Origin: Candidatus Woesearchaeota archaeon
GTDB lineage: Archaea; Nanobdellota; Nanobdellia; SCGC-AAA011-G17; PNOQ01
Assembly: GCA_964603065.1 (NCBI GenBank)
Contig: CAZRTL010000006.1
Location: 84-64,083, forward strand
Direction of reading: 5' to 3'
DNA length: 64,000 nt
Part shown: positions 38,964 to 48,600 of the stretch, one piece after another
Layout: each line of letters opens with the position of its first letter
Numbering within the stretch: the stretch's first letter is position 1
The notes under the pieces: model-generated
The model's input: the letters and a program-made list of their open reading frames with translations, nothing else
The model's database searches: none
Told to the model about the DNA's origin: nothing
Position numbers and translations under genes: made by a program

Positions 38964-39911
38964 ATGAAAAAAGTGATATTAATTTTAATTTTGGTCCTTG
39001 CTGCCATTTTAGTTTTTAATCGGGGTCTCTCTATTAATTATCCAATTTATGATATTCATGAACATTTAGAAGAGGGAAATTTAGATACCTTGCTTTATGC
39101 GATGGAAGAGAATGATATTTCTTATATAGGTGTTGTAGCCAGTTCAAAGTTTACTTTTACTTTGAAAAATCCAGGTTTTGAAGATTTTGAAAATAATAAT
39201 GATTATTTATTAACTGCTTCTGAGAAAATAATTCCTTTTGTAACTATTGATCCAAGGGACGAAAATTCTTTAGAGTATTTGAAAAGTCTGGAAGGCGTTA
39301 GAGGTTTGAAATTATATTCTGGACATCAAAGTTCTTTTCATAGATATTTGGGACCTTTAGATAGAGAAGAGGTTTTGCCAGTTTATGAATATGTTGAGGA
39401 GAATAAAATCCCGGTTATTTTCCATGTTAACCCGTATAATGAAACTATTAGAGAAGAGTTTGAATTTGTTTTGAGTGAATATCCTGGAATGGTTGTAGAC
39501 TGCCCACATTTTTGTTTGTCGTCGATAAATGATGGAAGATTTAGAGAGTTGTATAATAAATATCCTAATTTGTATACAGACATTTCTTTTGGCTCAATGT
39601 TTGCTCAAGTAGGATTTGAAAGATTTAGTGAGAATTCGGAAAAGTATAGAAACTTGATCATTGAATATCAAGATAGGATTATGTTTGCTTCAGATATGGT
39701 TTTAACTAAAGCTAAAAGTAAAGAATTTGCTGCTGAAATGATTGGGTGTTATAGGGATATGTTAGAATCGGAAGAGTATGAATGTAATGTTGAAGGCTTT
39801 TCTGATGATTTTTCAGTTCATGGGAATTTTACTGGTTTGAATTTACCTGATGAAGTTTTGAAGAAAATTTATTATGAGAACCCAATTCGATTTTTAGAAG
39901 CTAATTATTAG
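38964..39911 (+). CDS. Amidohydrolase-family (TIM-barrel metal-dependent hydrolase) protein, membrane-anchored
   Basis: N-terminal TM. Amidohydrolase-2-like motifs. The start is moved to MKKVIL because the upstream ORF extension is tRNA sequence. Confidence 0.45.
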   Translation: MKKVILILILVLAAILVFNRGLSINYPIYDIHEHLEEGNLDTLLYAMEENDISYIGVVASSKFTFTLKNPGFEDFENNNDYLLTASEKIIPFVTIDPRDENSLEYLKSLEGVRGLKLYSGHQSSFHRYLGPLDREEVLPVYEYVEENKIPVIFHVNPYNETIREEFEFVLSEYPGMVVDCPHFCLSSINDGRFRELYNKYPNLYTDISFGSMFAQVGFERFSENSEKYRNLIIEYQDRIMFASDMVLTKAKSKEFAAEMIGCYRDMLESEEYECNVEGFSDDFSVHGNFTGLNLPDEVLKKIYYENPIRFLEANY

Positions 39912-39949
39912 TTATAATAAAGCTTATATATTTTGAATTCTTTAATGAT

Positions 39950-40216
39950 TTGATTAAAATGGCAGAAGAAAAACAAATCGGAAAGGTATTTAGTTTTTTC
40001 AGTAAGATCGGTGTTGCAGCTATAGAGTTGACAGATGATTCATTGATATTGGGGAACAAGATTCGCTTTAAAGGGAATACTACAGATTTTGAACAAGAAG
40101 TAGAATCTATGCAGATTGAAGGAGAAGATGTTCAAGAAGTAGGGCCTGGAAAATCGGTTGGTCTTAAAGTTAAGGACAAAGTAAGACCCGGTGATTTGGT
40201 TTTTAAGATTCTTTAA
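39950..40216 (+). CDS. Small EF-Tu-domain-2-like beta-barrel protein
   Basis: Weak pattern similarity only. Confidence 0.3.
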   Translation: MIKMAEEKQIGKVFSFFSKIGVAAIELTDDSLILGNKIRFKGNTTDFEQEVESMQIEGEDVQEVGPGKSVGLKVKDKVRPGDLVFKIL

Positions 40217-40277
40217 TTTTCTTTTTTTGTTATTCTAGAGTAGTAAGATTTATAAGTGTAATATCGATTTTGGTTTT

Positions 40278-40874
40278 ATGGTAAAATTCAAAGAATTTGA
40301 GTTTGAATATGAAAGATCGTCTGGTTTTGAGGTTAATTATGTATTGCCAGAAAAGTTCATTAATACCCTTATAGGAGAAATTGGTAGACAAATTGGTCAT
40401 CCTATTGGACAGGGTGTGGGACAGGGTTCTGCCTTTGGTCTGTTATATAGGGGGCGTTATGTTGAACAGTATTTGGATTGTTACGAGAGAGCTTTAATTG
40501 GAGACTTGGAGAATTATTCAAAAAATAAAATAAAGGAAAAACGAGAGGAGGATTCAAAATTATCTGGAAGATTAGCTTACCAAGCTATTGATGATATTTT
40601 AAAGAGTCATAAGTTTTTCTGGTTACCAACTTTTAGGCTCCAGTTTAATCAAGAAGAAGAAAATTTTGATATTACTAGGCGCTTTCGAAAAAGTTTTATT
40701 TACGGTAATACGAATTGTGGACTTTATATTGACACAAGAGATGATGATCTTTTACCTATTTGCTTAAAAATTGGAGAAAGATATGAGAAACTTACTTCAG
40801 GTAGGGAGTTTAATTTTTCTGAAGAAACTAGAAAAAGTGCTACCATAGTTTACGTAAAAACAGTTTGGAAATAA
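40278..40874 (+). CDS. hypothetical protein
   Basis: ORF only. Confidence 0.3.
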   Translation: MVKFKEFEFEYERSSGFEVNYVLPEKFINTLIGEIGRQIGHPIGQGVGQGSAFGLLYRGRYVEQYLDCYERALIGDLENYSKNKIKEKREEDSKLSGRLAYQAIDDILKSHKFFWLPTFRLQFNQEEENFDITRRFRKSFIYGNTNCGLYIDTRDDDLLPICLKIGERYEKLTSGREFNFSEETRKSATIVYVKTVWK

Positions 40875-40971
40875 AAACATTTATAAATAGCTAATTTTCT
40901 CTCTTTTCTAAGGATAAGTCGGTTGTGGCTTACTTATGCCTGGAATGAATTAATTCTAGGTTAACTAAAAA

Positions 40972-41427
40972 ATGGCACGTATGTATTCAAGAAGAAAAGG
41001 AAAGAGTGGAAGTACTAAACCTGTAGAGAAAAAGAAGCAAAGTTGGGTCAAGTATGATGCTAAAGAAGTAGAAAGTTTAATTTTAAAATTAAATAAATCT
41101 GGATTCACTAAAAGTCAGATTGGTCTAACTTTAAGAGATTCTTATGGAGTTGCTTCTGTAAAAAATGCAACTAAGAAAACTATCAATCAAATTTTAACTA
41201 AAAATAAAGTTGAAGCTGAACTTCCTGAAGATTTGAATGCATTAATCAAAAAAGATATTCAATTAATTAAACATTTTGAGGCGAATAAACAAGATATGTC
41301 CGCTAAAAGAGGAATTAGATTAACAGAAAGTAAGATTAACAGACTTGTTAAATATTATAAGAAAAATGGTAAACTACCTAAAGATTGGGTTTTTGATAAA
41401 GATAGAGCAAAACTATTGGTTGGTTAA
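40972..41427 (+). CDS. rps15: 30S ribosomal protein S15 (uS15/S13e)
   Basis: MARMYSRRKGKSGSTKP... Confidence 0.8.
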   Translation: MARMYSRRKGKSGSTKPVEKKKQSWVKYDAKEVESLILKLNKSGFTKSQIGLTLRDSYGVASVKNATKKTINQILTKNKVEAELPEDLNALIKKDIQLIKHFEANKQDMSAKRGIRLTESKINRLVKYYKKNGKLPKDWVFDKDRAKLLVG

Positions 41428-41429
41428 AG

Positions 41430-42038
41430 ATGGCAAATAAAGAAAAAGGAAAGAAGAAAGAAAAAAAGAAAATAGTTAGAAAGACCAATGTTGTTCTAAA
41501 GAAAAAGAAAAAGAGATGGGTAAGTATACTTGCTCCTAAAAGTTTTGGTAGTGGAGAGATGGGAGAAAGTCTCGTTGTTGATGCTCAGGATTTAATTGGA
41601 AGAAAAATAATTTCAAGTTTATCTAATTTTAATAGAGGTAGGAATACTAGTATTAAGGCAATTTTTGAATGTAAGGAAGTTATTGAAGGAAATTGTGTTT
41701 GTGAACCGATTGGTTATTATATTTTGAATAGTTTTGCTAGAAGAATTGTTAAAAAAGGTAAAACTAAGATTGCTATGTCTTTGAAATTAAAAACTAAAGA
41801 TAATGTTGATGTTATTTTGAAAGTAATTTTGTCTACTAGAAAGAAAATTTCTGGCGGGGTTTCTAAATCTATGAGATTGGAATTAAGTAAATTTCTAGCG
41901 GAGACTGTTAAGAAAAATAGTTTTGAAGGAAATTTAGACTCAGTTATAAACTATAGTTTCCAGAAAAAAATAAAAGAATTCATTAAGAAAGTTTATCCAG
42001 TAGGTTCTTTAGAAGTTGTTATGTTTAAGAAGGCTTAA
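41430..42038 (+). CDS. rps3ae: 30S ribosomal protein S3Ae (eS1)
   Basis: KRWVSILAPKSFG...KAIFECKEVIEG pattern. Confidence 0.75.
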   Translation: MANKEKGKKKEKKKIVRKTNVVLKKKKKRWVSILAPKSFGSGEMGESLVVDAQDLIGRKIISSLSNFNRGRNTSIKAIFECKEVIEGNCVCEPIGYYILNSFARRIVKKGKTKIAMSLKLKTKDNVDVILKVILSTRKKISGGVSKSMRLELSKFLAETVKKNSFEGNLDSVINYSFQKKIKEFIKKVYPVGSLEVVMFKKA

Positions 42039-42098
42039 TGTTGCCATCTTGTCACGCACGGACGAAAGTGATTTATAAGTTAAATTCTATTTTGTTTT

Positions 42099-43079
42099 AT
42101 GAGAGTTAAGTTTAAGTGTGATACGGAAAGAGAATTATTTTTCGATTCTCTTAGGAAAGGTTTTAATAATTGGTTGGAACTTTGTAATTTTCTTGAAATA
42201 AATAGAAACACTTTATTGAGATATAAAAAAGGAGAGAGTTTAATCCCCGTTGAGACTTTTGAGATTCTTAAAAAATATAGTAATTTGAAGAACTTGGATA
42301 GGAAGGTGGTATTTTTTGAATCTAATTGGGGGCAGAAACTTGGAGGGATTAATAATTATAAAAAAAATAAATGGGTCTATGAACTTGGTAGAAAGAAAAC
42401 AATTGAATTACATAAGCAAAAGGATAATGAAATTTTAAATTTGGATTTGAGTTCTCCTAGGTTGGCCGAGTTTGTTGGTATTCTTATAGGAGATGGATTC
42501 ATTGGAAAATATGGGAGACATAGAATTATTCAAATAACTGGCAATAAAACTAGTGAGAAAGAGTACTATAAGGAATATCTTATTCCTTTAGTTAAAGAAA
42601 TATTTGGTGCTAATGTTTATTTTTATGAAAGAGAATCTTGTATAAGGCTGAGTGTTTATTCTAAGATTGTTTTTAATACTTTGAAGAAATTATTTGAATT
42701 TCCAGTCGGGAAGAAAGAGGATATAACTATTTCTGAAAACTTATTGTTGACTGATGATTGTAAAGTAGGTTTAATTCGTGGTTTGTTTGATACAGATGGA
42801 TGTATAAGTTTACAAAGAGGAAAATATCCTGTTATTGATATTTGTACTACCAGTAAAAAGCTGTCCAAACAAATTCAAAATATTTTAAATGAATTTGGCT
42901 TTGGTGCCTATATTTGTAGATGTTTTGGAAAGGGAAACCACAAAACTTCTTACAGAGTTACTATATTTGGAAAGCGAAAAGTTTTAAAATGGAAAGATTT
43001 AATAGGTTCATCAAATCCTTCCAAAATGAAAAGGATTAATGCCTCAGTAGCTCAGTTGGTCAGAGCGCGGGTTTTGTAA
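42099..43079 (+). CDS. LAGLIDADG homing endonuclease-like protein with N-terminal HTH. The 3' end of the ORF runs into tRNA-Thr.
   Basis: Two LAGLIDADG motifs (FVGILIGDGFI and GLIRGLFDTDGCI). Confidence 0.7.
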   Translation: MRVKFKCDTERELFFDSLRKGFNNWLELCNFLEINRNTLLRYKKGESLIPVETFEILKKYSNLKNLDRKVVFFESNWGQKLGGINNYKKNKWVYELGRKKTIELHKQKDNEILNLDLSSPRLAEFVGILIGDGFIGKYGRHRIIQITGNKTSEKEYYKEYLIPLVKEIFGANVYFYERESCIRLSVYSKIVFNTLKKLFEFPVGKKEDITISENLLLTDDCKVGLIRGLFDTDGCISLQRGKYPVIDICTTSKKLSKQIQNILNEFGFGAYICRCFGKGNHKTSYRVTIFGKRKVLKWKDLIGSSNPSKMKRINASVAQLVRARVL

Positions 43080-43114
43080 ACCTGAGGTCGGGGGTTCGAC
43101 TCCCTCCTGAGGCT
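43041..43114 (+). tRNA. tRNA-Thr(TGT)
   Basis: Acceptor GCCTCAG/CTGAGGC, anticodon stem CGGGT/ACCTG with loop TTTGTAA, T arm GGGGG-TTCGACT-CCCTC. Confidence 0.85.
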
Positions 43115-43158
43115 TATTTAATAGTAAATTTTTTATACTTCTAAATTAATTTTATTTT

Positions 43159-43536
43159 ATGGCAAACTGGAAAAAAGAAGGTGCTAGAGATTTGCTTGCT
43201 TTAGGAAGTATTCCTTTTTACATTATCATTATGGCTAGATCTTTGGTTGGAGAGTATTACCTATTTGTTTTTCAAACTTTGATTGCTCTGGTTTTTATTC
43301 ATCTGGTTGGTTTAAAACTTAAATTCAATAGACATTTAGCTAGAATGTTAGTTTTGATTGTTTTTACTATTTTGTTTTATAACCAATCAATTTTTACTAA
43401 TTTTGCCGTTATTATTGGGTTGATTACCTTAGGAAGTTTGTTTTATTTGAAAGAATCAATTAAAAAAATTGGGTTTGGTTTAATTTTTGGAACTTTAGCT
43501 AGTTTGTTAGGTTATTATTTGGCTCCGTTAATTTAA
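43159..43536 (+). CDS. Membrane protein, unknown function
   Basis: Four predicted TM helices. Confidence 0.35.
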   Translation: MANWKKEGARDLLALGSIPFYIIIMARSLVGEYYLFVFQTLIALVFIHLVGLKLKFNRHLARMLVLIVFTILFYNQSIFTNFAVIIGLITLGSLFYLKESIKKIGFGLIFGTLASLLGYYLAPLI

Positions 43537-43567
43537 TAAATTGATTCTAACTTTATTTTTGTATTCT

Positions 43568-43641
43568 GAGCCTGTGGCGTAGTCTGGTAGCGCATCACGT
43601 TGACTTCGTGAGGGTCGGGAGTTCGAATCTCCCCGGGCTCA
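43568..43641 (+). tRNA. tRNA-Val(GAC)
   Basis: Acceptor GAGCCTG/CGGGCTC, anticodon stem TCACG/CGTGA with loop TTGACTT, T arm GGGAG-TTCGAAT-CTCCC. T6 follows. Confidence 0.85.
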
Positions 43642-43685
43642 TTTTTTGCATAACATTTATAAAGATAAAAAGGGATTTTTTATAC

Positions 43686-45656
43686 ATGCAAAAAAGAGGT
43701 CAAGTAACGATTTTTATTATTCTGGGGATTGTCATTTTACTAGTATTTGGAATCTTGTTTTTTTTCAGAAGTGAGTTTGTAAAATCTGATTTTCAGAGCC
43801 AATTAGCTAAAGTGAAAGTTCCTGAACAAATTCAACCCGTGAAGAATTATATTGATGATTGTTTGGAGGAAACTGTTATGTCTGGAACTAGAATTATTGC
43901 TTCTAATGGGGGTTACTTGAGTGTCCCAAGTGAAGGAGTTCCTAGATCTCTCTTAAATCCATTTTCGAACTCTTTAGAAATTGGAAGTGGAGAGGTTGCT
44001 TATTGGTATTATAAATCGTCTAATAATTTAGATAATACTCAAGTTCCTACAATTGAGAGTATGGAAGAAGATTTGGAGAGGTATGTTGATGATAATTTTG
44101 ATTTTTGTTTGAAAGGATTAGATAATTTTTATGAAGAAGGATTTGAAATTCATTATGAAGGAAAAATTGAAACTGAAGTGAACGTTGAAGGTTCGCACAT
44201 TGAGGTTACTATGGATGCTCCTACTGATATTAGGAAAGATGATGTTGGTAAATATTTTAGCCAACACCTATTGGACGTAGATGTTAATTTAGGTAAATTG
44301 TATAATTTGGCTTTGGATGTTTTTGAAGAAGAAAATGAGAATAAATTTTTAGAACATAAAACGATTGATATGATGGTTGTTTATGATGAGATTCCTTATT
44401 CAAACACCGAATTTACTTGTAATAGATTAATTTGGCAAAAATCCGAGATTGTTGAAGATTTTAAGGATATTGCTCATGTGAATATGGGGGCTCTTAGGTT
44501 AAAAGGTTCGGATTATGAAAAAGTAAGAGAAGATAATGATTATTTTGAAATTGATGTGTATTCGGATAATACTGTATCAACTAATTTCCAATACTTAGAT
44601 AGTTGGCCTTTTGAAGTTGAGGTATTTCCGAGTAAAGGAGATTTGCTATCAGGAGATGCTGTTTCTCAAGCTAATTCGGATATTTACAAATATTTGAACC
44701 TATTTTTTTGTATGAATAATTATCATTTTATTTATGATGTTAAGTATCCAGTTTTAGTTAGCTTGGAGGATGATGAAGGTTTTTCATTCCAGTATGCAAC
44801 TATGGTCATTGTGGATAATAATAACCCTGGAACTTATCAAGGAGAAATTTTAAACTATGAAGACACCAGTGTTTTAGGAGAAGAGTTTTGTGACAATGGA
44901 TTTAATCAAGTAGATGTTGTTGTAATCGATTCTAGTAGCTTAATGTCTTTAGAGAATACTGATGTAAGTTATAATTGCTTTAGTTCAAGTTGTTATATTG
45001 GAAAAACAAATGCTAATGGTGAATTGTCTAGAAATTTCCCGGCTTGCATTAATGGAAGAGTTTATGCTGATAAAGAAGGATACTATTCAGATAGTCAGAT
45101 GTTAAGTACAAATGAGGATTCGAGGGTTTCATTATTACTGGAGCCATATTATGATTTAGATTTAGAAATTAAAGTTGTTGACTTAGATACGGGAAGTGTT
45201 AGAGAATTAAGAAGTGATGAGAATGCAATATTCCAGTTTGAGAATACAGATAATGATTACAAAACTATGGTTACTAATGGCTTAGAAGATATTACTTTAG
45301 TGGCTGGAGAGTATAAGGTTTTAACTTATTTGATGAGTGAGGGAGAGAGTGTTAAAATTGAGGCGGAGACACATGTTGAGTGTGTAGATGTTCCTAGATC
45401 AGGTTTATTCAGATTCTTGACAAAGGAAGAATGTTTTGAGGTTTCAAATGAAGCCAGTGAAATTGATCAGTTTGTTTCAGGAGGAGCAGCATTTGAATTC
45501 GTTTTGACACATTCTGAACTAGATAGTTCAATTAAAGTTACTTTGTATGCGGTCCAAGATTTCGTTCCTGACACGCATAATGAAATGTTACAAATTTTGA
45601 ATAATATCCCAACTAATGGTTTGAGAGATTACTTTACATATCCGGAGCTAGAATGA
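43686..45656 (+). CDS. 656-aa exported protein with a possible class III (type IV pilin-like) signal peptide
   Basis: MQKRG|QVTIFIILGIVILLVFGILFF resembles an archaeal prepilin signal. The start is moved downstream of tRNA-Val. The stop overlaps the giant gene in an ATGA junction. Confidence 0.5.
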   Translation: MQKRGQVTIFIILGIVILLVFGILFFFRSEFVKSDFQSQLAKVKVPEQIQPVKNYIDDCLEETVMSGTRIIASNGGYLSVPSEGVPRSLLNPFSNSLEIGSGEVAYWYYKSSNNLDNTQVPTIESMEEDLERYVDDNFDFCLKGLDNFYEEGFEIHYEGKIETEVNVEGSHIEVTMDAPTDIRKDDVGKYFSQHLLDVDVNLGKLYNLALDVFEEENENKFLEHKTIDMMVVYDEIPYSNTEFTCNRLIWQKSEIVEDFKDIAHVNMGALRLKGSDYEKVREDNDYFEIDVYSDNTVSTNFQYLDSWPFEVEVFPSKGDLLSGDAVSQANSDIYKYLNLFFCMNNYHFIYDVKYPVLVSLEDDEGFSFQYATMVIVDNNNPGTYQGEILNYEDTSVLGEEFCDNGFNQVDVVVIDSSSLMSLENTDVSYNCFSSSCYIGKTNANGELSRNFPACINGRVYADKEGYYSDSQMLSTNEDSRVSLLLEPYYDLDLEIKVVDLDTGSVRELRSDENAIFQFENTDNDYKTMVTNGLEDITLVAGEYKVLTYLMSEGESVKIEAETHVECVDVPRSGLFRFLTKEECFEVSNEASEIDQFVSGGAAFEFVLTHSELDSSIKVTLYAVQDFVPDTHNEMLQILNNIPTNGLRDYFTYPELE

Positions 45657-48600
45657 AAGAAAAAGTATTGATGGCAGTATTTTGTATCTTTTTGATAGTT
45701 TTTAGTAGTGTGCAGGTTAGTGCTTATAGTTTAAATGAGGAAGATGATAGAGATTTAGGAGAGGTTGTTTTAATTAATGTTGATAAATATGAACCTGCAA
45801 CAGTTAGTGCCGATTATTTGAGAAATAAAAAGTTCCCGGTGTATGTTCATTTGACTGGAACTACTTTAGAGAGTTTTTTGTGGGGTGGTAGTAATCCTGA
45901 AGAGCTAGATACTTTGTTCGGTGGTTTGAAAATAGATAGGATACATATTGTAAGGGATTCTATTTCTAGGTATGTTGCCGGAATAACTGAAAGGCCTCCA
46001 AAAGAAGATGGATATTTTGTTGATGCTAATGGAGAAGTTGATTTAGGTTACTTAAAGATTGACTTGAGGAGGATTCCTAAAGAGGAAGATTTACCGGATA
46101 GGATTGATTTGAATTTTACAGCTAGAGTTTATTTTGATACCGAATCTAGTTTTAGCGTTTTTGGAAAGCAAGATTTGTTTTTGGAGTTAGGTAGTGGAAT
46201 TAATAATTTGGAAATTGCTGGAGATGAGGATAGTAATAAAAAAAGTAGAGTTAAAGTTTGGGATGGAAGAGCAGAATTAGAATTTTTACAATTAAGGGGA
46301 GATAGGGCTACGTTTCAGTTGTATGATGGTAGTGGTCGTAAGTTAGGTGGACCATTTACTTTGAGAACTGGGCAGATTCAGACATTAAGATTAAATGATG
46401 GCCCGGCCTTTTTAGATAATCAAGTCAGATTTAAATTAAAAGGGATTTATGGTGCTGGAGAGAGAGCCGTGATTAATATGTATAGGCATGGTTCCTCTAA
46501 TGATGTTGAATTGGTTGAGGATATGAATCTTTACGCAGGTAGTGATTGGGTTTTGGAGGAAATTGGAAGGGATAAGGTCCAGTTAAGAAACTTAAAAACT
46601 AGACAAACTATGATTTTAAATGTGGGCCAAGGAGATTTTGATACAGATATTTGTGAGAGAATAGATCCTATTCAAATAGATAGTGATGAATTATTTTTGA
46701 GAGGAGTTGGTTTCCTTGAGGGAGATCATTTTGAAGATGATACTTTGTTGGGAAGATCAAGTAGTTTTTATTGTAGCGCTATTGACCAGTATGAAAGAGC
46801 TTTAACTTATGCCATTGGAGAAGAGGCAAGTGAAATAAAATATAGTATTGGTACTCTTTATGAAAAAGTTGGAGACATGTATAATGCTTTAGAAATGTAT
46901 GATACTATTTTACCAGAAACTGATTTTTATAGAACTAAAAATGTTCAAAAGAAAATAGATGATTTGAATTTTTTAATAGCAAATGAAATTACTAATTCTA
47001 AGATTTTGGAAGATGATGTAAGAGTCTATTTGAAAGAGGTAATTGATGTTGAAGAGGAAGAATCTTATTTTATGTTTAGAACAATAACTAATGGAATTAA
47101 GGGACAGGAGTTTACAAGAACTATTGGTATGGAAAGCCAGGATTTGATTGTTGAATCTGTTGATGGGGGAAAAACTTACGAATGGTATGCTAGAGATATA
47201 GATGCAGATGAAATTACTGTTATTAAAGTGGATGAAGACGGTAGAACTATCGGAAGTCCTAGGAAATTAGATATTGGTGAACACATTTTAGATAATACAG
47301 TTGTTGAAATTACAGATATTACTACTCCTTATAGTGTTATAATGACGGCTATTCCTGGAGATGGAAGAAGTTATGGAGTTAGTAATTTTCAAGTACATAT
47401 TCCAATTGAGAAGAGTATGATTCAGTGGACTCCTGAGCAAATTGATAATATGATTGATAAAAGCCATAAAGCTGTTGAAGATATTGAAAAGATTATGGAC
47501 AAGCTTGGTAATTTTATTAAGGGAATGAAGGTAGCTTGTTTTGGAATTTATGGAGTTTTAGCAATTAAGAATGCTTTCTTTAGGGATAATAATGTTAGAA
47601 AAGAAGTTGTTGATGAAAAAAGTAGATGGTGTAATGATGGAATTAGAACTGGCGAATTAGATTATAAAAAATTAGATGAGTGTTTGGAAGCTGAAAGTTC
47701 TAAAATAGAACAAGAAATTACTGAAAGAAAAGGATTGAAGAATACTAATGATAATTTCTTTAAGAATAATAAATTGATGAAACAAGATGCTAGTGGAATT
47801 AATGTTGCTGATCCTAGTTCTGCAAGCGCATTGGCCAATAAATTAAAAACTGATAGTGGAATAAATATTAAAGGGGAAGATATTGAAAATTTACTTAATT
47901 ATGATTCTTATACTGGTTTTACTACAGCAGAAGCTCAAAGATTATCTTATTTGGCTTCACATGATCCTGAAGCGTTTGAAGTTGAGTGGAGAGATTACCA
48001 AGAGAGTTCTTTGAAAGCTAAGACTCTTCATACTAGTTTGGGGGGAGTAACTGATCCTGTTCAAATTCAAACTTTAGCTACTCCTATTTTTACTCCTGGA
48101 AAAACTACAACTGATTTTAGTTCGGGTCCGAGTGGAATTGAAACTCAAGTTAAGGCAATAGATCCAAGTGCTCAAATATTTGAAGCTAGATCTATTCAGA
48201 GTGATGGAGGGGAATTTTATGTTTCTAGTAAAACTGGAACTGAAGCTGTTAAGGTAGAAATCCATAGAGATGCAAATTTGAATCCGGTTGAGTTTGGAGA
48301 TTATTATCTTTACAAAGGAAGTGGAAATAGGTATTTCTTACATAAAGGAGATGTTACTCAGTTATACAGACAGAATTATAATTCTAATTCTCATAAAGTT
48401 TTACAAATAAATGATGATGGAAAATTATGGATGTTCCCATTTAGTAGCTCTTTGGGAAAAAGAGATGATCCATTATATGATAAAGTTGATTATGCTAATT
48501 ATGTTGTTGTAGATTATGATGATTCGGGTAAGATAAAATCTTATAATCTTATGAATGTTGGTGCTGATGGCGAAATTAATTATCCAGGTACGGGAGATGA

